The notes below the pieces were generated by a model, which saw only the letters and a list, made by a program, of their open reading frames with translations, did not search any database and was not told the origin of the DNA. A DNA stretch of 63,235 bases, filler included, from Octopus bimaculoides (taxonomy: Eukaryota), in the NCBI RefSeq assembly GCF_001194135.2. It is 6 parts of 6 records of this genome, joined end to end, with 100 filler letters (N's around TTAATTAATTAA, not from the genome) between each part and the next. Parts side by side here need not be neighbours in the genome. Positions count along the whole stretch, not along the records: positions 1 to 22,571 come from NC_068987.1; positions 22,672 to 33,595 come from NC_069002.1; 4 more parts are not named here. The stretch is one strand, 5' to 3'. The translations under genes were made by a program, and so were the position numbers. Of the stretch, positions 12,105 to 25,179 are shown piece after piece. How positions within the stretch are numbered: position 1 is the stretch's first letter; each line of letters starts with the position of its first letter.

Positions 12105-14265
12105 TGTTTATGTGCGTGTGTGTAAATATATCTTCACACACATTTTTTTATATACTTATATAATCTATTTGTATGAATATGTGTGTATACGTACACATAC
12201 GCATAAATACGTATCCATCTATAAATTCATATGTGTAATTCATATAAATTATATATTTATACACCCACTTACATACCCATATAACGACATATATACATGT
12301 ATGTACGTTTGTAACTAATTTGTTTGCAAGGAATTCGATGTTGTGAGTAAATAAAGATTTCTTATAGTGGCGCCAAAACCAAAGATTTTTGACGGAAGGT
12401 TATGCTAAATGCAATCGACTTTAGTACATAGCCATTTAGAGATGAAAGACAAATTTGACCCTAACTGGATTTGAACCTTAAAACGTAACGGAAAGGAATG
12501 AAATCACGAAAAGCATTATTAGAGAGATTCTGTATCGTTTCTGCCAATCCTTCACCGCCCTTTGAATAAATATTTAATAAAGTTGAAACCTTCTGTATAT
12601 GCCACATATTTTTTTTATTTCTCTCCTCCTTTCTCTCTCTTTAATGTATATATATATANNNNNNNNNNNNNNNNNNNNNNNNNNNNNNNNNNNNNNNNNN
12701 NNNNNNNNNNNNNNNNNNNNNNNNNNNNNNNNNNNNNNNNNNNNNNNNNNNNNNNNNNNNNNNNNNNNNNNNNNNNNNNNNNNNNNNNNNNNNNNNNNNN
12801 NNNNNNNNNNNNNNNNNNNNNNNNNNNNNNNNNNNNNNNNNNNNNNNNNNNNNNNNNNNNNNNNNNNNNNNNNNNNNNNNNNNNNNNNNNNNNNNNNNNN
12901 NNNNNNNNNNNNNNNNNNNNNNNNNNNNNNNNNNNNNNNNNNNNNNNNNNNNNNNNNNNNNNNNNNNNNNNNNNNNNNNNNNNNNNNNNNNNNNNNNNNN
13001 NNNNNNNNNNNNNNNNNNNNNNNNNNNNNNNNNNNNNNNNNNNNNNNNNNNNNNNNNNNNNNNNNNNNNNNNNNNNNNNNNNNNNNNNNNNNNNNNNNNN
13101 NNNNNNNNNNNNNNNNNNNNNNNNNNNNNNNNNNNNNNNNNNNNNNNNNNNNNNNNNNNNNNNNNNNNNNNNNNNNNNNNNNNNNNNNNNNNNNNNNNNN
13201 NNNNNNNNNNNNNNNNNNNNNNNNNNNNNNNNNNNNNNNNNNNNNNNNNNNNNNNNNNNNNNNNNNNNNNNNNNNNNNNNNNNNNNNNNNNNNNNNNNNN
13301 NNNNNNNNNNNNNNNNNNNNNNNNNNNNNNNNNNNNNNNNNNNNNNNNNNNNNNNNNNNNNNNNNNNNNNNNNNNNNNNNNNNNNNNNNNNNNNNNNNNN
13401 NNNNNNNNNNNNNNNNNNNNNNNNNNNNNNNNNNNNNNNNNNNNNNNNNNNNNNNNNNNNNNNNNNNNNNNNNNNNNNNNNNNNNNNNNNNNNNNNNNNN
13501 NNNNNNNNNNNNNNNNNCTCACTCACTCACTCACTCACTCACTCACTCCTATGGGTTCGCATAGAGAAATAAGCATAAAAGAAGAATCAAGAGATAAATT
13601 ATCGAACTTTAATCCCCCCCATTATCTCAGTCAGTCCTATCCAATGTATCAAGCGTACCAGATTCTGAGCAAGCTTAACAAAGACTTTGTTGGCTTCAAA
13701 CAGCAAGCCATACTGCTTTTGGACTATTATTCTATCACGGACCGGTTATATGAAATCATTTTATGCTCTTATAGAGACGATACAGAAATCATATGGCATT
13801 ATGTGTTCCAATGCAAAAATTGCCTGTCTCAGAGAAAAGATATTATTAAAATGGTCTTTAAAAGGTTACTAAGGTTTGGAGGCGTTATTCATTTACCAAA
13901 GTTCCACCAAACGTAAATTAGATTTTCTTATTCATGGAGACTGCCAAAAGATATAACAACAAAAACATGTAACTGTTAATTATCACTTCTCTCTCTCTCT
14001 CTCTCTCTCCCTCTCTTTCTTTCTCCCTCTCTTTCTCTCTCTCTCTGTCTTTATTCTCCCTCTCTCTCTGTTTTTATTCTTTCTAGCTGTTATATTTTTG
14101 TTTTAGTTTATTCTTTTGTATAAGTGCTATTATATACCTTCGCCAGTCTGTCATGGCTTACCACATTTAACACGAACGTTTAAATTGATTAAACGTTGTA
14201 ATATCTACGCACCTGAAACCTCCTTCGGCTCCATGATCCAATCTTCTTATTTTGAAAGCGTCCAT

Positions 14266-14494
14266 CATTGGTTCTCCAGCAGGGTCCATATAGTAGCTTT
14301 CATTGTTAAAATTTATATGCAATAAATTGGTTATGCTTCTACAATACATCAAATATCTTTTATACAGTTCCTTATGGTATATTTAATTGTAAAAATATAA
14401 TAGGATATTTTAAACCTTGAATGGGTATGGGAACCCATCTGAGTGAAACATGGTTCAAAGGAGTCCATAGGTGAAAAACGGTTGAGAACCACTA
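14266..14494. mobile_element. Degenerate hAT-type MITE
   Basis: Left end CATTGGTTCTCC; right end reverse-complements to TAGTGGTTCTCAACCG, resembling CAGTGGTTCTCAAC hAT termini. No intact TSD. Confidence 0.45.
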
Positions 14495-15088
14495 GTCTGT
14501 TGCAAACACACCGGCCTAAATAATAAGGGAAGTATCTTTACTAAATTTTTCATTATTTTGAAAATTAATTGAAACAACAGCAGTATATTTCAACAAAAAT
14601 ATGGTAGCACAAAGGTTTAAATAAATAAATAACTGAAAGTATCATCCCGCGGTTGAAATTGGATGTTCGAGTTGCTCAATCCGACTCAACAGTCGACTCA
14701 GTCTAAATGGTTGAATATTCCTCAGTCATTTCCACCTTTAATATAATCGTTAGGCAGAATCAGCGTAACAAGATTATTGTGAATTCAACGAGCTTTCATA
14801 TACTTTTCGTCTTCTATAGTTTGACTCAAGGTTTGGATCTACGCAAGCTTTGGTAGAAAACACTTGTCTAAAATACCTTGAAACGGGAAGCGAACACTGG
14901 ACCACTAAGCAACCAACTAATATCACTTCCCCCTCCAAATACGCATGCATACGAACACTTATTCTTTATAACTTAGTTGTTTGTGTTGTGAATCACTTAT
15001 ATTAGGACAGTCACATTTCGAAGCACATGTTGGTTAGAAAAACTAATTATTAATTCATTGGTAGCTCCCCACCCCCAGTCGCTAGTTG

Positions 15089-15149
<61 letters not shown>

Positions 15150-15291
15150 GCATATCTGTGTATCTCTTCAAACACACACACACACACACGCACACACACA
15201 CATATACACATATAATTGTGTGTGGGTGTGCGTTCGCGCGCACACATATACTTATATATACATACAAGCTAATATACATATACTAAAATAA

Positions 15292-15338
<47 letters not shown>

Positions 15339-15539
15339 GTATATATACATATAGTTTTCTTATTTGGCCATATGTGTATGAACTTTAGTGTACATACACA
15401 ACATTTGTATGTATCATATACGTATACATACATATTTACACTCGTAAACGCGTCTTAATCTGTTTGCACGTTATATATGTGTGTGTGTGTGTGCTGTGAT
15501 GTGATATGTTATGGAATGGTGTGTCTCATTATTTGTGTG

Positions 15540-15570
<31 letters not shown>

Positions 15571-17230
15571 ATGTGTGTGTGTGTGTGCGTACGCATTTTA
15601 ATATTGTTAAGAGAACTCGAATAAGAACGTCTGAAGCTTTTGACTTAACTACTTTCAAATTTATCGTAATATATCTCATATTACTGAAATTCTGGGAAAA
15701 GTTGATCTTTAGCTTTGAGAAAGCTGAGATAGAGGCGCAAATAATTATATACGAACGCAAGCTCTAAACACGCACATATATACATACATACACATACGTG
15801 CGCGCAACACATACACACGCTTGCACACACATCCAGACACATCAATAACCATATTGAACAACACGCACACACATTAGCCAACGAAGTAGTCTTTCAATGG
15901 TCGCTCAAACTGCTTGAAATAGAAGTCGATATTTTTTTCCAATCACTACTTCCTCTCTTGGTTTCTCAAACATCTAATGGAATTTTAAGAAGTTGATCAT
16001 GAATATGGTGTGTTTTGGATATTATAAAGCTGGCAGGATCCACCCCTCTCACCCTAAAATTAGAAAAAAAGAAACGATGAATCCCCATTTCTGAAAATGA
16101 TAAGTTAGTCACAAGTTGGCACACCTATGATCATAAATCTTTGGGAGAAGTCTCACTCGGTTGAATGGACTTCGGTATTGCTATTGTTGTTGGTTAGTCT
16201 CAGATCAAATGTGAATAATCAGATCTATGGTGTTCCATCCATGTCTACCCCATCATATTTTCAGGCGTTGTGTTTCTAGGACTACATTATCTCATGGATC
16301 CTTCTGTCTTTTGTTTAACTTGATGGAAATTTGGATGCTAATTCTGACATGTTTAGAGGTCACATAAAATCCCTCTCAGATAATTCATGGAGTAAGAATT
16401 CGATTGTGTTAAAATATAGAATAAGGAAAGGGAATGCCACAAGACATTTGGTTCACAGCGCTTCTGGTATGCCATCGCAAACTATTTACATAAAAACGTT
16501 AGAACAAGTCTATATATCTGAAAACAAAAGGCAATAGACAATTGAATCTGGTGGGGGTGGGTACGTATTTGGTATATTTTATTGGTCTCGATGGTGTGAG
16601 AAGAAAACTGACCATACGAGAATAATACGAATGAATGGGACCAAATGGTTTAAAGCATTTACTTCAATGACTCGCCATTTCCATCAAATCACTCACTATC
16701 TCTGAACACGAAAATAACAACGGTTTAGAATTGCCTCGATCATCATCCGACTACCATGTGATGATGGCAAAGTCAAATTACGAAAACAGTGAATGTTTTA
16801 CAGAGTGAGTGGTGGAGAACAAGTGGGAACCAAAAGTTTCCATCCATTTGTTTTCTCTGCTTACTATTCCTGGAGAAGAACACACACATCACTGTATCGA
16901 CCAGACCATCGGCTGCTGTCACACAACGCTTGTCACAATGCGCTTCCTCAGAATATTGTAGCTTTCAAATGATACCATCCCACTGGCTAGGCGGGCAAGC
17001 CAACATTCCCTCCGAATGGAGTGTCGTTCATTTGTTACAGCTAAGTGGACGGGAACAGCGTGAAATAAAGTGCCTTGCTCAAGAACACAAGGCTCCGTTG
17101 GTCTGGGAGTCGAATACTAGGCCACATACCTTCCGAATACAAACACATACACACACACACACACACATACAAATATACACACTTTGTGTGTCTATACATA
17201 TATACACACATACACACACAAATATACACC

Positions 17231-17279
<49 letters not shown>

Positions 17280-17299
17280 ATATATATATATATACACAC

Positions 17300-17346
<47 letters not shown>

Positions 17347-18134
17347 ACACACACAAATACACACACACACTCACGCACACACTCACACACACACTCACAC
17401 ACACAGATATACACATTTGTGTGCTCTAAATGATCTCTCAAAATATCCTTTTCACTCCGATTTCCATAAAATTTATCATTATTAAATGCTGCCTTCCAGG
17501 AGAAAAAATACCACAACCACCACCACTACTCTACTACTACTACTACTACCACTACTACCACCATGACGACAACGGCAGCCACCATCACTACCACCACGGT
17601 CGTCATCTCTAACTCCGCCGCCGCCGCCGCCACCACCATCACTACCCTTTATTCTTGCCAAATTCGAATTCCATTGCAAACAATCCATTGCTACGCCTCA
17701 CTGACCACTACCAACATTATTACAACAATTATTTACAATTACCTATCAAATTTGTCAATGACCTCACACCGCTTTGCTACGCCTGAACAAATATCGCTTC
17801 CAATGATGACGATTTAGTTTTTAAAATTCTTTTTACTTTTCACTATAAGAAAAAAAAAGAGAAAAGAAAGAAAGAGCCGGCATACCTATTAAGTCCTCCT
17901 CCTCCTCCTCTTCCACCTCCTCCGTTTCCTCTTCCTCTTTTCCTCCTCCTTTTCCTCCTCCACCTTCTTTTCCTCCTCCTCCTTCTTTTCCTCCTCCTCC
18001 TCTTTCTTTCCCCTCCTCCTCCACCTTCTCTCTCTTTACCTATCATATGATAATAAAGTAGATGTTAAAGAAATTGCAAAAAATCAACAACAAAAAGCAA
18101 AAAAACCCAGAAAGCAAAACAAAACAAAAACAAG

Positions 18135-18300
18135 AGAAATATCAAGACCTAGCAATATGAGATGTAGAAATTGTGGTAGGCTAAGATGATAGTTGTTCTT
18201 GTGGAAATTGCTGCACTTGGCACATCTAAACAACGACCTAGAGGTTGAAGGATATAACTTCATAAGCCAACGATGTCTGGACACTGATGAGCGCCTACAG
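18135..18300 (+). mobile_element. R4-like LINE 3' endonuclease remnant
   Basis: KYQDLAI ... MIVVLVEIAALGT resembles the KY.DL..E...LW....VVP(V)VIGALGT consensus of RLE elements. Confidence 0.5.
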
Positions 18301-18842
18301 AACAGTTTCGTCACTGTGCACATCTCACATAGTCTCGTTCGACTCTACATCTGTATCAGTAAAGTTTATCTGGATATGGTAGCGTCCTTCAATATTAATG
18401 ACAGACTAAAATGCTTCTGGAGTTTAATCATAGTAGTCCTCGACCTGAAAGTCGACCGAGTTTCACCCAGAATGCCGTCACACTTCTATACTGCAACTAT
18501 TTTTCTCTTGAATGTTAGAGTGGAACATCCATCAATCCCGTTGCAGGAGGTCAGTGAGCACCTGAGGGTATTCTAGATGCCAGATTCCCTGCCTCCGTCT
18601 CAGCTTGACACAATACTGTAGTTGCATCCAAGGAGCTGCAAAAAGTTATGCTTCATAAACGGAGACAACACGAGCTCTGTTCACTGTCGACTGGTGGGGC
18701 AACATGAACGTATGTCTACGTATCAACATTTCAGCATTTACTTACGTCTGGTTTACTTTTTGAATTCAGATCTTTTCTTTCATCCTTCCTGGTCAATGAC
18801 CTCTCATGTAAGAAATGGATGAATGATTGAACAGATAAATAA

Positions 18843-19182
18843 ATGGCTGTGCGGTAAGAAGCTTGTTTCCAAACCACGAGGCACCTTGGGCAAGTGTCTT
18901 CTATAGCCTCGGGCAGATCAAAGCCCTGTGAGTGGATTTGGTAGACGGAAACTGAAAGAAGCCCGTCGTATATATGTATATATATATATATATGTGTGTT
19001 TGTGAGTCTGTGTTTGTCCCGCACCATCGCTTGACAACTGATGTTGGTGTGTTCACGACCCCGTAAGTTAGCAGTTCGGCAAAAGACCGAAAGAATAAGT
19101 CCTGGGGTCGATTTGTTCGACAAAAGGCGGTGCTCCAGCATGACCACAGTGAAATGACTGAAACAAGTAAAAGAATAAAAGA

Positions 19183-19184
<2 letters not shown>
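18843..19184 (+). mobile_element. SINE family B (related copies at 43795-43975, 48277-48567, 61382-61450 and ~4705-5020 on the minus strand)
   Basis: Shared blocks ggcaagtgtcttctatagcctcggg, cggaaactgaaagaagcccg and gaataagtcctggggtcgatt...gcggtgctccagcatg...aatgactgaaacaagtaaaagaataaaagaata. Confidence 0.8.
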
Positions 19185-19214
<30 letters not shown>

Positions 19215-19297
19215 ATAGCTGTATCTGTATGGAAAGAATTGAAAGTAATGCTATGCCTCTTCGTAATAATCCTTACTAATAATATTGTCGATATAAA

Positions 19298-19730
19298 GGC
19301 GGCGAGCTGGCAGAAACGTTAGCACGCCGGGCAAAATACTGAGCGGCTTTCGTCTGCAGTTGCGTTCTGAGTTCAAATTCCGCCGTGGTCGACTTTGCCT
19401 TTCATCCTTTCGGGGACGATAAATTAAGTACCAGTTACGAACTGGCGTCGATCTAATTGACTTAAACCCTTTGTCTGTCCTTGTTTGTCCCCTCTATGTT
19501 TAGCCCTTTGTGGGCAATAAAGAAATAAGAAAGGTTAGCACGCCGGGCGAAATGCTTAGCGGTATTTCGTCTGCAGTTACGTTCTGAGTTCAAATTCCGC
19601 CGAGGTCGACTTTGCCTTTCATCCTTTCGGGATTGATTAAATAAGTACCAGTTATGTACTGAGGTCGATGTAATCGACTGAATCCGTTTGTCTGTCCTTG
19701 TTTATCGCGTCTATGTTTAGCAGGAATAAA
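19298..19730 (+). mobile_element. Two tandem tRNA-derived SINEs, family A
   Basis: GGCGGCGAGCTGGCAGAAACGTTAGC (box A-like) and GAGTTCAAATTCC (box B); the second copy from 19533 is 5'-truncated. Confidence 0.85.
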
Positions 19731-19918
19731 TATTGTTGATATAAAGGCAGGATCAGTAGCACGACGGGCGATACACACACATATATATATACTTATATGT
19801 GCACACACACATTTAAATGCTCACCCACGTACACACAAACATACAAACATACATGATATATCACACACATTAGCCTGCATGGATGTGTATGTATTGTGCG
19901 TGCGCGCGCGCATATATC

Positions 19919-19955
<37 letters not shown>

Positions 19956-20924
19956 ATAAAACGTTCGTCCGTAGACATACACATTTACGTTCGCACGCAT
20001 ACACATCCGTGCGCGGGAATACACGTACATACGAATGCACACATATTTGTGCGTTTGTGGTGAATCAAATACTGAAATGTGGATAGAGGAACATAGGTTT
20101 ATACTTACACTTGTAGCCAGTATATATGCGCATGTGTGAACATATCTACACACGAGGCCATGGTACTTGTAGCTGCTTATATGTTGTATGCTTCGTAATT
20201 AGTAGTTTGGTGTAAGAACGAGAAGGTTGACTATTTAATTACCCATTTAAATATAATGAATCAAAATAATGCGTTTCTGAAGCACCTATGATCTCACGTT
20301 ATTTCCCCACAAAGTGATTGATTCGTGAAAAGAATAATTAAATTAATCACATAATATAATTTCCACTGAAATGTAAAATTGATAAGCCTTGACTTGACTA
20401 AGACTTAAAAAAAAAAACAATAAAAAATAATTAATTGCATTTATGAGAAATTTAAATATTGAATATACAATTTAACCGATAACTAAATAGCAATCTAGAC
20501 TAAAATGAAAATTACATTTACCCCCAAATACTCCTTAAGCTAATATGAATTGTAATTCTTTTGATCATTTTTCTCTCTTTCTCTGTCTGCATATAAGCCT
20601 CTCTTTCTCTGTTCTCCTCTTTTTTCTTTCTTTATCCTTTTATATGCTTACACAGCCACACACACATAACATATAAATAATGCATTTTGCGAAAGAATTT
20701 CCTTGACTATCTGAGACTGGTAAAAGCTGGTGATTAGCTAGTTCTTAAATGATATGAAGTGCATGGCGCATGGGATGCATCTCGTTCTATTGTATTAGTT
20801 AAAATAGCGAACAAACCTCGAACACTCACAGCGAGGGCAAACTAGACAAAGAGTTGTACCAGTACATTGCACAATGAAGTGATATGCCGTAGAGTTGAAC
20901 TCAAGGATTCCGAGTTTACACGCA

Positions 20925-20956
<32 letters not shown>

Positions 20957-21639
20957 CACACACACACGCCAAGTTTTTATTGACGCGCTGCCAGACAGTG
21001 TTAGTGGACTACGTTCTGAGTTCAAATCATATTGAAGTTAAGTTTGTCGTTTTCCTTCTGGGGTGATAAAAGAAGACCAAATCAAGTATTGTTTTGAGGT
21101 AACTTACAATTTGGTACTCTCTAAACTCAAGATCTTTTACATCAAATATGAATACACACACATAAAAGTAAGTGCGTATGTATATATGTATGTATATATG
21201 ATATATATATCTATCTATATATATATATATATATATAAAACAACACATACATACTCAGAAAAATAGATATACGCACAGTCTCACGTACACACACCTAACA
21301 TCCCCACCGACACAAAAACACACACAAACACACATACACACGCACTCACAAACGCACTCACGCACACACACGAACAAACNNNNNNNNNNACTGTTTTTTA
21401 ACATTTTTTATTATTCTCAAAGACTTTTGATAATCTTTTTCTAAAAAAAGTGAAACCGGTTAAGTAAATAAATATTTTTTAAAAATAAGTGCATTTTCAA
21501 ACCTTCTTTCATATATATTTCCACTCGTACGGTATTCCACAACTTTACTTTATTATATATATATATATATATATATATTTACTTGCATATCTTTATAGCT
21601 TTATACACACACATACACACACTCACGCACATATACGTA

Positions 21640-22356
21640 TGCATATATGTATATATGAAAAAAAAAATTTTCAGAATTAGATAAAAGACCAAGGCTGTGA
21701 AGATTTTAGAACATTTATAAATAGAAGGTCTTACAGCTCTTTCCGGGATATTTTTTATATCCCTTCATTGGAGACGGTGTAAGAAAATAGTTATGCAATA
21801 GTTAAATAAGATTCCAATACCTTGTGAGTAAATTCCAATAGTATTTAAGATTGATCATTCCAAGTAAAGAGTTTGTACACAGTGCCGTTGAATCGAAGGT
21901 TTATTTAAAGTAGCCTAAAAGTAGGGAATGTATTTGTTTTCGATTTGACCTCACAGATACATTCCCTTCTTTTAGGCCACTTTAAATAAACCCTCGATTC
22001 AACGGCACTGTCTACAAACTCTATACTTGGAATGACCAATTTTAAATACTATTGGAATTTACTCACAAGGTACTGGAATCTTATATGTATACCATTCTCT
22101 CTAAATAATGGATCTACAAATGCAATATCCCTGCATATCTCACGTCTATTTTCATTCCTCCACTTCACTCTCTATTTCCTATCTTATCTAAATTAACTAT
22201 TGCATAATTATTTTCTCACACCGTCTCCGATGAAAGGATATAATAAATATCCCGGAAACAGCTGTAAGACCTTCTATTTATAAATGCTCTAAAATCTTCA
22301 CAGCCTTGTTTTTTTTTTTTTATCTAATTCTGAAAAAAAAATTATATATACGCATG
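21640..22356. mobile_element. ~700-bp palindromic foldback element
   Basis: 21671-21937 is the reverse complement of 21953-22333, apart from ~105 extra bases in the right arm; 15-nt loop. Confidence 0.9.
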
Positions 22357-22493
22357 CTGATATATGACCTACGTTGGACTCTTTATTCGCATAATCACTG
22401 AACCTGGAGCTTAACTATGACTTGCCCATGACGCTTACTCAGCATTACCTGACACCCTTGGGTCTTATTGACTCCATTACCTCTCATAACCTC

Positions 22494-22525
<32 letters not shown>

Positions 22526-22571
22526 TGTATGTATGTATGTATGTATGTATATATATATATATATATATATA

Positions 22572-22671
22572 NNNNNNNNNNNNNNNNNNNNNNNNNNNNN
22601 NNNNNNNNNNNNNNNTTAATTAATTAANNNNNNNNNNNNNNNNNNNNNNNNNNNNNNNNNNNNNNNNNNNN
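22572..22671. other. Synthetic scaffold-join spacer N44-TTAATTAATTAA-N44 (also centred at 33640, 57594, 59444 and 61346)
   Basis: The same 100-bp pattern occurs five times; the 12-mer puts stops in all six frames. Confidence 0.95.
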
Positions 22672-22857
22672 ACTACCACTACCATCGCCACCACCACCGC
22701 CACCACCACCGCCATCACCACTATCATCACTACTACCAACCACGAGCCCCACGATGACAACACCCCCCATCACCAATACCCCCACCACTACTACCACAGC
22801 AACCATTTTTTGGTTATTTGAAACAATGTGGAAGCCGAAGCAACTTTAAATAATAAA

Positions 22858-23237
22858 TAACAAGAGCTCTCAGAGAGCGCAAACCTTCGTCAAGGCAACA
22901 CCAACGTCCTCTCAACGATTATCCAGAGAGGATTTTTAAAATGAGAATATCTGAAATAAACTTGACCGGTCTCACAAACGAGAATACTAAAAGTGAACCT
23001 GACCGCTCTCAATAATTATGTAAAAGAATTGGAAAAATAATCCATAATCCTCGTCCGGTACCGGATCGATCCGAAAATCTAATCAGTTCATGCCAGTCAC
23101 GAAGCCAAACATTCCTGAAAGTTTCATCCAAATCCATCCAGCAGTTCTTGAGATATCGTGTCCACAGACAAACAAACAAACAAACCAACACGACTGAAAA
23201 CAATACTTCCGGTCTCGCCTCGCTAAGGTAGAGGTAA
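22858..23237 (+). mobile_element. Non-autonomous Helentron-associated (HINE/DINE-1-like) element
   Basis: 5' TAACAAGAG; subterminal inverted repeat accttcg/agaggt; internal (CAAA)n; 3' hairpin GCCTTCGCTAAGG. Confidence 0.55.
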
Positions 23238-24482
23238 TAATAATGGATTCTCCAGTCATAGACGACGTATGAAGGATCAGCATTTTGCTGAACGAGCATT
23301 ATAACCATGTGCTGAGAGGAATACTTTGGGGTTCACCTTTCGAAACATGGGTGTTTCGTTCAGCTTCCTTAAACAATCCTTAAACATCATTAAACTCAAC
23401 CTGAAGAAAATTCTAACTGGGCCCCACATGCGAGGTCATGCGCTGTCTTTCTTGATATGAGATCACCATGTCACGCCCATATAGTTGTGATGCATGTGCT
23501 TGGTGTACTCTTATCAGACGCGTAGTTTGGATGGATATACTGAGCTTCGTATATTTCACCCCAGTGTCACTTTGATGGCATGCACAACTCTCTCACTCAA
23601 TAACAATATACTTCTATGCATATGATCGCGGGCTTTTCTTTATGTTTGTGTATGTGTATGATAACAATTCCATTATTAACTCCCCCCAGGAATAGGGCAA
23701 ACACATCATAGTCTCATGGCACATGAATTCCCTCTTTGTTCTACATATCCTCGCAATGTTTACGGTTATTGAAATTCCCCTCAATTATGCCAATTTCTAT
23801 CTTATTTATTACTCATAATTGTCATGTGTCTTGTAGATGTTCCTCCACCGCCATTTTTTTTAAATGTGGCTATCAAATGCAGTAATAAATAAACAGGTTA
23901 TAAATAACGAATGTATGTATATGTATATATNNNNNNNNNNNNNNNNNNNNNNNNNNNNNNNNNNNNNNNNNNNNNNNNNNNNNNNNNNNNNNNNNNNNNN
24001 NNNNNNNNNNNNNNNNNNNNNNNNNNNNNNNNNNNNNNNNNNNNNNNNNNNNNNNNNNNNNNNNNNNNNNNNNNNNNNNNNNNNNNNNNNNNNNNNNNNN
24101 NNNNNNNNNNNNNNNNNNNNNNNNNNNNNNNNNNNNNNNNNNNNNNNNNNNNNNNNNNNNNNNNNNNNNNNNNNNNNNNNNNNNNNNNNNNNNNNNNNNN
24201 NNNNNNNNNNNNNNNNNNNNNNNNNNNNNNNNNNNNNNNNNNNNNNNNNNNNNNNNNNNNNNNNNNNNNNNNNNNNNNNNNNNNNNNNNNNNNNNNNNNN
24301 NNNNNNNNNNNNNNNNNNNNNNNNNNNNNNNNNNNNNNNNNNNNNNNNNNNNNNNNNNNNNNNNNNNNNNNNNNNNNNNNNNNNNNNNNNNNNNNNNNNN
24401 NNNNNNNNNNNNNNNNNNNNNNNNNNTTTTTTAAACACTATTCAATTTTTTTCTCCGTGTTTTTCTCCTTGTCTCCGTATTC

Positions 24483-24515
24483 TTTCTGTTGAAGAGCGTA
24501 ACTCGAAACGTCAAA
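24483..24515 (+). ncRNA. Hammerhead-like motif with variant core CUGUUGA, inside a ~170-bp repeat
   Basis: TTT-CTGTTGA-A-GAG(CGTAA)CTC-GAAA-C-GTC-AAA; homologous to 46094-46129. Confidence 0.4.
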
Positions 24516-24627
24516 AACTTTCCGTATTCCCGAGCGTCATACTAATACATCCTTTTGTTATTTACACCACCTGTCCTCGCCTGTTGTTGTTTTTTCGTAT
24601 ATTCTCCTATATATATATATATATACT

Positions 24628-24900
24628 GAACGCGCATGACTAAGTGGTTGGAGCTTCGAGCTTACGATGGTGAGGTTGTGAGTTCGATTCCACGAACGGG
24701 CTGCGTGTTGTGTCCTTGAGGAAGACACTTTATTGCACAGTTGTAGGAATGAGTTGCGACATCACTGGTGCCAAGCTGTATCGGTCTTTGCCTTTCCTTT
24801 GGAAACTGGTGTGTAGAGGGGAGGCTGGTATGCATGGTCGACTGCTGGTCTTCCATTAACAAACTTGCCCGGACTTGTGCCTCGGAGGTTAACATTCAGG
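24628..24900 (+). mobile_element. tRNA-derived SINE, family C
   Basis: Head gcgcatgactaagtggtt...GAGTTCGATTCC followed by gtgttgtgtccttgaggaagacactttatt; the reverse-complement family is seen at 38960-39166 and 61455-61788. Confidence 0.7.
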
Positions 24901-25130
24901 GTTCAAATTCCGGACGGGTCATTCGAAGTTTTCTTTCCTCAATCGAGTTGAATAATCTCGAGCCGAAATTGCAAAGATAATGTGGAACTCGACTGAGGAA
25001 AGTAAACTTCCAATGACCCGTCCGTGAGTTTTCTTGTCCCTCATCTGTCTGGATGTTTCGCCGTCCCCTTATTGTATCATCTAGCTGTCTGGATGTTTTG
25101 CGTTATTGTCCCATTTTTTGTATTCCTTTT

Positions 25131-25179
<49 letters not shown>

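Noticed and set aside
13700-13880. Possible zinc-knuckle LINE remnant (CSYRDDTEIIWHYVFQC)
   Set aside because: Only a partial Cys/His pattern with no flanking motifs; too weak to call.
14167-14352. Protein-like minus-strand ORF (MDPAGEPMMDAFKIRR...)
   Set aside because: It overlaps the hAT-MITE left end, has no credible acceptor and no recognisable homology.
16425-16490. GKGMPQDIWF as the missing cyclase exon
   Set aside because: No AG at the required position, no pyrimidine tract, and it lacks the M-x-T-Y residues.
24930-25020. Further hammerhead-like fragments (hairpin+GAAA, CTGAGGA)
   Set aside because: The core elements are not in the right order or spacing, so no consistent fold can be drawn.
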